Virus record (IMG/VR): IMGVR_UViG_3300029079_000001
DNA from: a virus
Taxonomy: Duplodnaviria; Heunggongvirae; Uroviricota; Caudoviricetes
Direction: 5' to 3' (one strand)
DNA length: 48,034 nucleotides
A program made the position numbers and the translations under genes. Shown one piece after another: positions 28,162 to 40,443 of the stretch. The notes beneath the pieces were generated by a model that worked only from the letters and a program-made list of their open reading frames with translations, did not search any database and was not told the origin of the DNA. Each line of letters opens with the position of its first letter. Within the stretch, counting starts at the first letter, position 1.

Positions 28162-29022
28162 ATGAAAGAGTTGCAAAAAATTAATTCAATAATGGAAAGG
28201 TTAAGTGCTCTTGAGCGTAAGCTGGACGATTGTGGAAAGCTGTGTGTTGAAAAGCAAAATGAGCTTTACCGAGAATTTTTTACAATCGTAAGTGAGCTGA
28301 TGCCAATTGTTAATAACTGCCTGATGACATCCAGATTTTTTAATGTCGATGCTACTACATCCAGAAAATTTTCTGTGAAAATTCAAGAAAGAGTTTCTGG
28401 TAGTGTGACAAGAGAGATGGCTGAACAGTTGGTGGCAATGAGCAATAAAACAAAAAGAAAAAAGGCATTGCTTGTAACAGCAAATCAGCTTTCAGGGCGC
28501 GTTGACTTTCAGGTCAGACAGGGTGGGCGTGTACTGGTAAATGATGCGTTCGTTGGACGTAGCTTTAGTCCTTACTCGATGAAATATGATGTTGATGCAG
28601 ATGATCAGGATATCAGCATTTCCTGGAAATCTGAGACAGCAGGGATTGTATTAACAGCAGAGTTGTTGAGTGATGATAAAAATGATGTCCAGCATCATTT
28701 GGACGAAAAGAATCATATTTCTGAAATTTGTATGAAGCCACGCAGCGGAATGACTTTATTGTCACGCACTCTTGCTGCTGGCTTTTCTGCACCGGAAAAA
28801 CGTGTGCTTCTGGTAGTGCCTGAAGATGCAGATATTCGACCACTGAATGGCTGTGATGTTATTAGTGCAAAAACATTGCATACCCGCGTCATTCCTGTAC
28901 CGGATGTGGTCATTATTGATGATGTTGAGAAATGCAAGTCTGTTTCCTCAACTGCCACAATCAAGCGAATTTTACGTTGTAGCACGTCGGCTGTTGTATT
29001 CCGGAAGCAGTTACATAACTAA
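28162..29022 (+). CDS. Hypothetical cytoplasmic protein (287 aa), AT-rich cassette gene 1
   Basis: ATG 28162 with AGGAGG RBS (the track's 27901 start reads through the repeat); N-terminal coiled-coil-like segment; no recognisable family. Confidence 0.6.
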   Translation: MKELQKINSIMERLSALERKLDDCGKLCVEKQNELYREFFTIVSELMPIVNNCLMTSRFFNVDATTSRKFSVKIQERVSGSVTREMAEQLVAMSNKTKRKKALLVTANQLSGRVDFQVRQGGRVLVNDAFVGRSFSPYSMKYDVDADDQDISISWKSETAGIVLTAELLSDDKNDVQHHLDEKNHISEICMKPRSGMTLLSRTLAAGFSAPEKRVLLVVPEDADIRPLNGCDVISAKTLHTRVIPVPDVVIIDDVEKCKSVSSTATIKRILRCSTSAVVFRKQLHN

Positions 29023-29146
29023 CCAGTTTTGTTTTGCAGAACATCCTCAACTAAAAGCTTATAGAAAGAGAACCTGAGATATTTTTTCTGTCTCTCGTAG
29101 TTGTTTATTTTTTTTCGAACAGGCTTACAACTTACAGGATATAAAC

Positions 29147-29596
29147 ATGCAAGAAGAAGCAAATAAAATTCTTGTTGATTTATTGAAGAAGGCCAGCGAT
29201 GGAATTGATTCCGCCATTGCATTCAGTCAGGCACAGATTCCGGATGTTGTTCATCAGTTGCTGGTATGGAATATGGTTGATAGCCTGATTAAAACATTAA
29301 TAGCCATTTCAACAATCCCGCTAGTTATTTGGTTTATGAAGAAACAGTACCAAAAAGTTGAAATTGGTAAGTTCGATAATGAAGGATGGTCATGGGAAAA
29401 ATGGAAGCCTAAATACAAACAGACTATGATTTGGGAAAGTAACGGTGAGATTAGTTTTCTTATCTTACCATTAGCAGCAGTTTTTGTTCTGTGGGTAAGT
29501 TTTATTATTGCTGTAGTAACCAATATGACATGGTTAAAAATCTGGTTGGCACCTAAGTTATATCTAATCGAATACGCAGCATCACTAATTAAATAG
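29147..29596 (+). CDS. Hypothetical membrane protein (149 aa, two TM segments), AT-rich cassette gene 2
   Basis: TM segments LIKTLIAISTIPLVIWF and ISFLILPLAAVFVLWVSFIIAVV. Confidence 0.55.
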   Translation: MQEEANKILVDLLKKASDGIDSAIAFSQAQIPDVVHQLLVWNMVDSLIKTLIAISTIPLVIWFMKKQYQKVEIGKFDNEGWSWEKWKPKYKQTMIWESNGEISFLILPLAAVFVLWVSFIIAVVTNMTWLKIWLAPKLYLIEYAASLIK

Positions 29597-29712
29597 TCCA
29601 TTACAAAAGCCATTCGCTACTGAGTGGCTTTGATAATGGCTTATACCCTACACGGGATAACTTAACTGATATCCCTTTTAACGGATAAATGTATTCAAGC
29701 CTGACACATCAT

Positions 29713-29780
29713 GCGCTGTATCGTCGCTGTATTCCCGCATTAACCATGACCGTAGCCTGACGGGGAACTCCTCTGCGCGA
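29713..29780. repeat. Right copy of the ~68-bp direct repeat
   Basis: GCGCTGTATCGTCGCTGTATTCCCGCATTAACCATGACCGTAGCCTGACGGGGAACTCCTCTGCGCGAG. Confidence 0.8.
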
Positions 29781-29805
29781 GCATGCAGGATGTTGATTCA
29801 TTGCT

Positions 29806-29823
29806 GTGCGACCGTGGTCGCAC
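29806..29823. repeat. sopC-like centromere palindrome #6
   Basis: GTGCGACCGTGGTCGCAC. Confidence 0.6.
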
Positions 29824-29879
29824 GACGCAGGTCTGTCAGACATTGAATTCATTGCGAATAAACCAGAACGCCTGCGGGT

Positions 29880-30094
29880 CCTTTCCGGCGATCCGGCAGG
29901 CTACGGGGCGGAAGGCGCGCGGGTTTTCGCTATTTATGAAAATTTTCCGGTTTAAGGCGTTTCCGTTCTTCTTCGCCGTAACTTAATGTTTTTATTTAAA
30001 ACACCCCCTGAAAAGAAAGGAAACGACAGATGCTGAAAACGGGCTTTTTGGCCTCTGTCGTTTCCTTTCTCTGTTTTTGTCCGTGGAATGAACA
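29880..30094. other. cos: cos region (cosQ/cosN/cosB-like) upstream of Nu1
   Basis: ...ACGGGGCGGAAGGCGCGCGGGTTTTCGCTATTTATGAAAATTTTCCGGTTTAAGGCG... is near-identical to the recalled lambda left end, except that the 12-nt cosN position reads GGGCGGAAGGCG. Confidence 0.7.
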
Positions 30095-30614
30095 ATGGAA
30101 GTCAACAAAAAGCAGCTGGCTGATATTTTCGGTGCGAGTATCCGTACCATTCAGAACTGGCAGGAGCAGGGAATGCCCGTTCTGCGAGGCGGTGGCAAGG
30201 GTAATGAGGTGCTTTATGATTCTGCCGCCGTCATAAAATGGTATGCCGAAAGGGATGCTGAAATTGAGAACGAAAAGCTGCGCCGGGAGGTTGAAGAACT
30301 GCGGCTGGCCAGCGAGGCAGATCTTCACCCCGGAACACTTGAATTTGAGCGCCATCGCCTGACCCGTGCTCAGGCGACGGCGCAGGAACTGAAAAATGCC
30401 AAAGAATCGGCTGAAGTGGTGGAAACCGCATTCTGTACTTTCGTGCTGTCGCGTATAGCAAGGGAAATATCCAGTATTCTCGACGGTATTCCTCTGTCGG
30501 TGCAGCGACGTTTTCCTGAGCTGGATAACCGGCATATTGATTTCCTGAAACGGGATATCATCAAAGCCATGAACAAAGCAGCCGCGCTGGATGAACTGAT
30601 ACCGGGGTTGCTGA

Positions 30615-30640
<26 letters not shown>
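30095..30640 (+). CDS. nu1: Terminase small subunit Nu1
   Basis: 181 aa, MEVNKKQLADIFGASIRTIQNWQEQGMPV..., lambda Nu1-like. Confidence 0.9.
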
Positions 30641-34321
<3,681 letters not shown>

Positions 34322-34341
<20 letters not shown>

Positions 34342-35641
34342 TCTCCCGCATATTGCCAGCATGGCCTTTAATGAGCCGCTGATGCTTGAACCCGCCTATG
34401 CGCGGGTTTTCTTTTGTGCGCTTGCAGGCCAGCTTGGGATCAGCCGCCTGACGGATGCGGTGTCCGGTGACAGCCTGACTGCCCAGGAGGCACTCGCGAC
34501 GCTGGCATTATCCGGTGATGATGACGGACCACGACAGGCCCGCAGTTATCAGGTCATGAACGGCATCGCCGTGCTGCCGGTTTCCGGCACGCTGGTCAGC
34601 CGGACGCGGGCGCTGCAGCCGTATTCGGGGATGACCGGTTACAACGGCATTATCGCCCGTCTGCAACAGGCTGCCAGCGATCCGATGGTGGACGGCATTC
34701 TGCTCGATATGGACACGCCAGGCGGGATGGTGGCGGGGGCATTTGACTGCGCTGACATCATCGCCCGTGTGCGTGACATAAAGCCGGTATGGGCACTGGC
34801 CAACGACATGAACTGCAGTGCAGGTCAGCTGCTTGCCAGTGCCGCTTCCCGGCGTCTGGTCACGCAGACCGCCCGGACAGGCTCCATCGGCGTCATGATG
34901 GCTCACAGTAATTACGGTGCTGCGCTGGAGAAACAGGGCGTGGAAATCACGCTGATTTACAGCGGCAGCCATAAGGTGGATGGCAACCCCTACAGCCATC
35001 TTCCGGATGACGTCCGGGAGACACTGCAGTCCCGGATGGACGCAACCCGTCAGATGTTTGCGCAGAAGGTGTCGGCATATACCGGCCTGTCCGTGCAGGC
35101 TGTGCTGGATACCGAGGCTGCAGTGTACAGCGGTCAGGAGGCCATTGATGCCGGACTGGCTGATGAACTTGTTAACAGCACCGATGCGATCACCGTCATG
35201 CGTGATGCACTGGATGCACGTAAATCCCGTCTCTCAGGAGGGCGAATGACCAAAGAGACTCAATCAACAACTGTTTCAGCCACTGCTTCGCAGGCTGACG
35301 TTACTGACGTGGTGCCAGCGACGGAGGGCAAAAACGCCAGCGCGGCGCAGCCGGATGTGAACGCGCAGATCACCGCAGCGGTTGCGGCAGAAAACAGTCG
35401 CATTATGGGGATCCTCAGCTGTGAGGAGGCTCACGGACGCGAAGAACAGGCCCGCGTGCTGGCAGAAACCCCCGGTATGACCGTGGAAACGGCCCGCCGT
35501 ATTCTGGCCGCAGCACCACAGAGTGCACAGGCGCGCAGTGACACTGCGCTGGATCGTCTGATGCAGGGGGCACCGGCACCGCTGGCTGCAGGTAACCCGG
35601 CATCTGATGCCGTTAACGATTTGCTGAACACACCAGTGTAA
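34322..35641 (+). CDS. C: Head maturation protease/scaffold C
   Basis: GTG start at 34322 overlapping the end of B as in lambda; VTAELRNLPHIASMAF...; the track's longer 34208 frame is an upstream extension. Confidence 0.8.
35035..35641 (+). CDS. nu3: Scaffold protein Nu3 (in-frame internal start within C)
   Basis: Internal ATG (MDATRQMF...) at the lambda Nu3-equivalent position. Confidence 0.55.
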
Positions 35642-35650
35642 GGGATGTTT

Positions 35651-35983
35651 ATGACGAGCAAAGAAACCTTTACCCATTACCAGCCGCTGGGCAACAGTGA
35701 CCCGGCTCATACCGCAACCGCGCCCGGCGGATTGAGTGCGAAAGCGCCTGCAATGACCCCGCTGATGCTGGACACCTCCACCCGTAAGCTGGTTGCGTGG
35801 GATGGCACCACCGACGGTGCTGCCGTTGGCATTCTGGCGGTTGCTGCTGACCAGACCAGCACCACGCTGACGTTCTACAAGTCCGGCACGTTCCGTTATG
35901 AGGATGTGCTCTGGCCGGAGGCTGCCAGCGACGAGACGAAAAAACGGACCGCGTTTGCCGGAACGGCAATCAGCATCGTTTAA
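35651..35983 (+). CDS. D: Head decoration protein D
   Basis: 110 aa, [27 protein letters not shown]..., lambda gpD-like. Confidence 0.9.
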   Translation: MTSKETFTHYQPLGNSDPAHTATAPGGLSAKAPAMTPLMLDTSTRKLVAWDGTTDGAAVGILAVAADQTSTTLTFYKSGTFRYEDVLWPEAASDETKKRTAFAGTAISIV

Positions 35984-36002
35984 CCTGACCCTTCATCACT
36001 AA

Positions 36003-36025
36003 AGGCCGCCTGTGCGGCTTTTTTA
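36003..36025 (+). terminator. Partial terminator hairpin between D and E
   Basis: GCCGC-CTGT-GCGGC followed by TTTTTT. Confidence 0.5.
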
Positions 36026-36037
36026 CGGGATTTTTTT

Positions 36038-37063
36038 ATGTCGATGTACACAACCGCCCAGCTGCTGGCGGCAAATGAGAAGAAATTTAAGTTTGATCCG
36101 CTGTTTCTGCGTCTCTTTTTCCGTGAGAGCTATCCCTTCACCACGGAGAAAGTCTATCTCTCACAAATTCCGGGACTGGTAAACATGGCGCTGTACGTTT
36201 CGCCGATTGTTTCCGGTGAGGTTATCCGCTCCCGTGGCGGCTCCACCTCCGAATTTACGCCGGGATATGTCAAGCCGAAGCATGAGGTGAATCCGCAGAT
36301 GACCCTGCGTCGCCTGCCGGATGAAGATCCACAGAATCTGGCAGACCCGGCTTACCGCCGCCGTCGCATCATCATGCAGAACATGCGAGACGAAGAGCTG
36401 GCCATTGCTCAGGTCGAAGAGATGCAGGCCGTTTCTGCCGTGCTTAAGGGCAAATACACCATGACCGGTGAAGCCTTCGATCCGGTTGAGGTGGATATGG
36501 GCCGCAGTGCGGCGAATAACATCACGCAGTCCGGCGGCACGGAGTGGAGCAAGCGTGACAAGTCCACGTATGACCCGACCGACGATATCGAAGCCTACGC
36601 GCTGAACGCCAGCGGCGTGGTGAATATCATCGTGTTTGATCCGAAAGGTTGGGCGCTGTTCCGTTCCTTCAAAGCCGTCAAGGAGAAGCTGGATACCCGT
36701 CGCGGCTCTAATTCCGAGCTGGAGACAGCGGTAAAAGACCTGGGCGAAGCGGTGTCCTATAAGGGGATGTATGGCGATACGGCGATCGTCGTGTATTCCG
36801 GACAGTACGTGGAAAACGACGTCAAAAAGAACTTCCTGCCGGACAACACGATGGTGCTGGGGAACACTCAGGCACGCGGTCTGCGCACCTATGGATGCAT
36901 TCAGGATGCGGACGCACAGCGCGAAGGTATTAACGCCTCTGCCCGCTACCCGAAAAACTGGGTGACCACCGGCGATCCGGCGCGTGAGTTCACCATGATT
37001 CAGTCAGCACCGCTGATGCTGCTGGCTGACCCTGATGCGTTCGTGTCCGTACAACTGGCGTAA
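36038..37063 (+). CDS. E: Major capsid protein E
   Basis: 341 aa, lambda gpE-like. Confidence 0.9.
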   Translation: MSMYTTAQLLAANEKKFKFDPLFLRLFFRESYPFTTEKVYLSQIPGLVNMALYVSPIVSGEVIRSRGGSTSEFTPGYVKPKHEVNPQMTLRRLPDEDPQNLADPAYRRRRIIMQNMRDEELAIAQVEEMQAVSAVLKGKYTMTGEAFDPVEVDMGRSAANNITQSGGTEWSKRDKSTYDPTDDIEAYALNASGVVNIIVFDPKGWALFRSFKAVKEKLDTRRGSNSELETAVKDLGEAVSYKGMYGDTAIVVYSGQYVENDVKKNFLPDNTMVLGNTQARGLRTYGCIQDADAQREGINASARYPKNWVTTGDPAREFTMIQSAPLMLLADPDAFVSVQLA

Positions 37064-37104
37064 TCATGGCCCTTCGGGGCCATTGTTTCTCTGTGGAGGA
37101 GTCC

Positions 37105-37494
37105 ATGACGAAAGATGAGCTGATTGCCCGTCTCCGCTCGCTGGGTGAACAACTGAACCGTGATGTCAGCCTGACGGGGACGAAAGAAGAACTTGCGCTC
37201 CGTGTGGCAGAGCTGGAAGAGGAGCTTGATGACACTGTCGATCAGGATACCCCTATCAGCCCGGAAAATGCGCTGACCGGGCATGAAAATGAGGTGGTAT
37301 CAGCGCAGCCGGATACCGTGATTCAGGATACTGCTGAACTGGTCACGGTCGTGGCACTGGTGACGCTGCATACCGATGCACTTCACGCCACGCGGGATGA
37401 ACCTGTGGCATTTGTGCTGCCGGGAACGGCGTTTCGTGTCTCTGCCGGTGTGGCAGCCGAAATGACAGAACGTGGCCTGGCCAGAATGCAATAA
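37105..37494 (+). CDS. FI: DNA packaging protein FI
   Basis: MTKDELIARLRSLGEQLNRDVSLTG..., lambda FI-like; the track start 37066 is upstream. Confidence 0.85.
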   Translation: MTKDELIARLRSLGEQLNRDVSLTGTKEELALRVAELEEELDDTVDQDTPISPENALTGHENEVVSAQPDTVIQDTAELVTVVALVTLHTDALHATRDEPVAFVLPGTAFRVSAGVAAEMTERGLARMQ

Positions 37495-37505
37495 CGGGAG
37501 GCGCT

Positions 37506-37859
37506 GTGGCTGATTTCGATAACCTGTTCGATGCTGCCATTGCCCGCGCCGATGAAACGATACGCGGGTACATGGGAACGTCAGCCACCATGACATCCGG
37601 TGAGCAGTCCGGTGCTGTGATACGTGGTGTTTTTGATGACCCTGAAAATATCAGCTATGCCGGACAGGGCGTGCGCGTTGAAGGCTCCAGCCCGTCCCTG
37701 TTTGTCCGGACTGATGATGTGCGGCAGCTGCGGCGCGGCGACACGCTGACCATCGGTGAGGAAAACTTCTGGATAGACCGGATTTCGCCGGATGATGGCG
37801 GAAGCTGTCATCTCTGGCTTGGGCGTGGCGTGCCGCCTGCCGTTAACCGTCGTCGCTGA
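37506..37859 (+). CDS. FII: Head-tail connector protein FII
   Basis: 117 aa, lambda order. Confidence 0.85.
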   Translation: MADFDNLFDAAIARADETIRGYMGTSATMTSGEQSGAVIRGVFDDPENISYAGQGVRVEGSSPSLFVRTDDVRQLRRGDTLTIGEENFWIDRISPDDGGSCHLWLGRGVPPAVNRRR

Positions 37860-37870
37860 AAGGGGGATGT

Positions 37871-38449
37871 ATGGCCATAAAAGGTCTTGAGCAGGCCGTT
37901 GAAAACCTCAGCCGTATCAGCAGAACGGCGGTGCCTGGTGCGTCAGCAATGGCCATTAACCGCGTTGCTTCATCCGCGATATCGCAGTCGGCGGCACAGG
38001 TTGCCCGTGAGACAAAGGTACGCCGGAAACTGGTAAAGGAAAGGGCCAGGCTGAAAAGGGCCACGGTCAAAAATCCGCAGGCCAGAATCAAGGTTAACCG
38101 GGGGGATTTGCCCGTAATCAAGCTGGGGAATGCGCGGGTTGTCCTGTCCCGCCGCAGGCGTCGTAAAAAGGGGCAGCGTTCATCCCTGAAAGGTGGCGGT
38201 AGCGTGCTTGTGGTGGGAAACCGTCGTATTCCCGGCGCGTTTATTCAGCAACTGAAAAATGGCCGGTGGCATGTCATGCAGCGTGTGGCCGGGAAAAACC
38301 GTTACCCCATTGATGTGGTGAAAATCCCGATGGCGGTGCCGCTGACCACGGCGTTTAAACAGAATATTGAGCGGATACGGCGTGAACGTCTTCCGAAAGA
38401 GCTGGGCTATGCGCTGCAGCATCAACTGAGAATGGTAATAAAGCGATGA
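37871..38449 (+). CDS. Z: Tail completion protein Z
   Basis: 192 aa, lambda order. Confidence 0.85.
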   Translation: MAIKGLEQAVENLSRISRTAVPGASAMAINRVASSAISQSAAQVARETKVRRKLVKERARLKRATVKNPQARIKVNRGDLPVIKLGNARVVLSRRRRRKKGQRSSLKGGGSVLVVGNRRIPGAFIQQLKNGRWHVMQRVAGKNRYPIDVVKIPMAVPLTTAFKQNIERIRRERLPKELGYALQHQLRMVIKR

Positions 38450-38841
38450 AACATACTGAACTCCGTGCAGCCGTACTGGATGCACTGGAGAAGCATGACA
38501 CCGGGGCGACGCTTTTTGATGGTCGCCCCGCTGTTTTTGATGAGGCGGATTTTCCGGCAGTTGCCGTTTATCTCACCGGCGCTGAATACACGGGCGAAGA
38601 GCTGGACAGCGATACCTGGCAGGCGGAGCTGCATATCGAAGTTTTCCTGCCTGCTCAGGTGCCGGATTCAGAGCTGGATGCGTGGATGGAGTCCCGGATT
38701 TATCCGGTGATGAGCGATATCCCGGCACTGTCAGAGTTGATCACCAGTATGGTGGCCAGTGGCTATGACTACCGGCGCGACGATGATGCGGGCCTGTGGA
38801 GTTCAGCCGATCTGACGTATGTCATTACCTATGAAATGTGA
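38446..38841 (+). CDS. U: Tail terminator protein U
   Basis: 131 aa, lambda gpU-like. Confidence 0.85.
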   Translation: MKHTELRAAVLDALEKHDTGATLFDGRPAVFDEADFPAVAVYLTGAEYTGEELDSDTWQAELHIEVFLPAQVPDSELDAWMESRIYPVMSDIPALSELITSMVASGYDYRRDDDAGLWSSADLTYVITYEM

Positions 38842-38848
38842 GGACGAT

Positions 38849-39589
38849 ATGCCAACACCAAATCCTCTGGCACCGGTGAAAGGGGCCGGAACCACCCTGT
38901 GGGTTTATAAGGGGAACGGTGACCCTTATGCGAACCCGCTTTCAGACGTTGACTGGTCGCGTCTGGCAAAAGTTAAAGACCTGACGCCCGGCGAACTGAC
39001 CGCAGAGTCCTATGACGACAGTTATCTCGATGATGAAGATCCGGACTGGGCCGCGACCGGGCAGGGGCAGAAATCCGCCGGAGATACCAGCTTCACGCTG
39101 GCGTGGATGCCCGGAGAGCAGGGGCAGCAGGCGCTGCTGGCGTGGTTTAATGAAGGTGATACCCGTGCCTATAAAATCCGCTTCCCGAACGGCACGGTCG
39201 ATGTGTTCCGTGGCTGGGTCAGCAGTATCGGTAAGGCGGTGACAGCGAAGGAAGTGATCACCCGTACGGTGAAGGTCACCAATGTGGGACGCCCGTCGAT
39301 GGCAGAAGATCGCAGCACGGTAACAGCGGCAACCGGCATGACCGTGACGCCTGCCAGCACCTCGGTGGTTAAAGGGCAGAGCACGACGCTGACCGTGGCA
39401 TTCCAGCCGGAAGGCGCAACCGACAAGAGCTTCCGTGCGGTGTCTGCGGATAAAACAAAAGCCACCGTGTCGGTCAGTGGTATGACCATCACCGTGAAAG
39501 GTGTTGCTGCAGGCAAGGTCAACATTCCGGTCGTATCCGGTAATGGTGAGTTTGCTGCGGTTGCAGAAATCAACGTCACCGCCAGTTAA
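38849..39589 (+). CDS. V: Major tail tube protein V
   Basis: [22 protein letters not shown]..., lambda gpV-like including the C-terminal Ig-like domain. Confidence 0.9.
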   Translation: MPTPNPLAPVKGAGTTLWVYKGNGDPYANPLSDVDWSRLAKVKDLTPGELTAESYDDSYLDDEDPDWAATGQGQKSAGDTSFTLAWMPGEQGQQALLAWFNEGDTRAYKIRFPNGTVDVFRGWVSSIGKAVTAKEVITRTVKVTNVGRPSMAEDRSTVTAATGMTVTPASTSVVKGQSTTLTVAFQPEGATDKSFRAVSADKTKATVSVSGMTITVKGVAAGKVNIPVVSGNGEFAAVAEINVTAS

Positions 39590-39604
39590 TCCGGAGAATC
39601 AGCG

Positions 39605-40027
39605 ATGTTCCTGAAAACCGAATCATTTGAACATAACGGCGTGACCGTCACGCTTTCTGAACTGTCAGCCCTGCAGCGTATTGAGCATCTCGCCCTGATG
39701 AAACGACAGGCAGAACAGGCGGACTCCGACAGCAACCAACAGGTTGCTTTGGCAGACCTTATCAGAACCGGTGCTTTTGTGGTGGCGATGTCCCTGTGGC
39801 ATAACCATCCGAAGAAGACGCAGATGCCGTCCATGAATGAAGCCGTTAAACAGATTGAGCAGGAAGTGCTTACCACCTGGCCCGCGGAGGCAATTTCTCA
39901 TGCTGAAAACGTGGTGTACCGGCTGTCCGGTATGTATGAGTTTGTGGTGAATGATGCTCCTGAACAGACAGAGGACGCCGGGCCTGCAGAGCCTGTTTCT
40001 GCGGGAAAGTGTTCGACGGTGAGCTGA
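39605..40027 (+). CDS. G: Tail assembly chaperone G
   Basis: 140 aa, lambda gpG-like. Confidence 0.85.
   Translation: MFLKTESFEHNGVTVTLSELSALQRIEHLALMKRQAEQADSDSNQQVALADLIRTGAFVVAMSLWHNHPKKTQMPSMNEAVKQIEQEVLTTWPAEAISHAENVVYRLSGMYEFVVNDAPEQTEDAGPAEPVSAGKCSTVS
40002..40008 (+). promoter_or_regulatory. Programmed -1 ribosomal frameshift slippery heptamer for the G-T fusion
   Basis: GGGAAAG at the 3' end of G, as in lambda. Confidence 0.75.
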
Positions 40028-40443
40028 GTTTTGCCCTGAAACTGGCGCGAGAGATGGGGCGACCCGACTGGCGCGCCATGCTTGCCGGGATGTCATCCAC
40101 GGAGTACGCCGACTGGCACCGCTTTTACAGTACCCATTATTTTCATGATGTTCTGCTGGATATGCACTTTTCCGGGCTGACGTACACCGTACTCAGCCTG
40201 TTTTTCAGCGATCCGGATATGCATCCGCTGGATTTCAGTCTGCTGAACCGGCGCGAGGCTGACGAAGAGCCTGAAGATGATGTGCTGATGCAGAAAGCGG
40301 CAGGGCTTGCCGGAGGCGTCCGCTTTGGTCCGGACGGGAATGAAGTTATCCGCGCTTCCCCGGATGTGGCTGAAATGACGGAGGATGACGTAATGCTGAT
40401 GACAGTATCAGAAGGGATCGCAGGAGGAGTCCGGTATGGCTGA
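40009..40443 (+). CDS. T: T portion of the tail assembly chaperone G-T (expressed by -1 frameshift from G)
   Basis: Open -1 frame overlapping the G 3' end with no independent RBS; lambda order. Confidence 0.75.
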   Translation: MFDGELSFALKLAREMGRPDWRAMLAGMSSTEYADWHRFYSTHYFHDVLLDMHFSGLTYTVLSLFFSDPDMHPLDFSLLNRREADEEPEDDVLMQKAAGLAGGVRFGPDGNEVIRASPDVAEMTEDDVMLMTVSEGIAGGVRYG

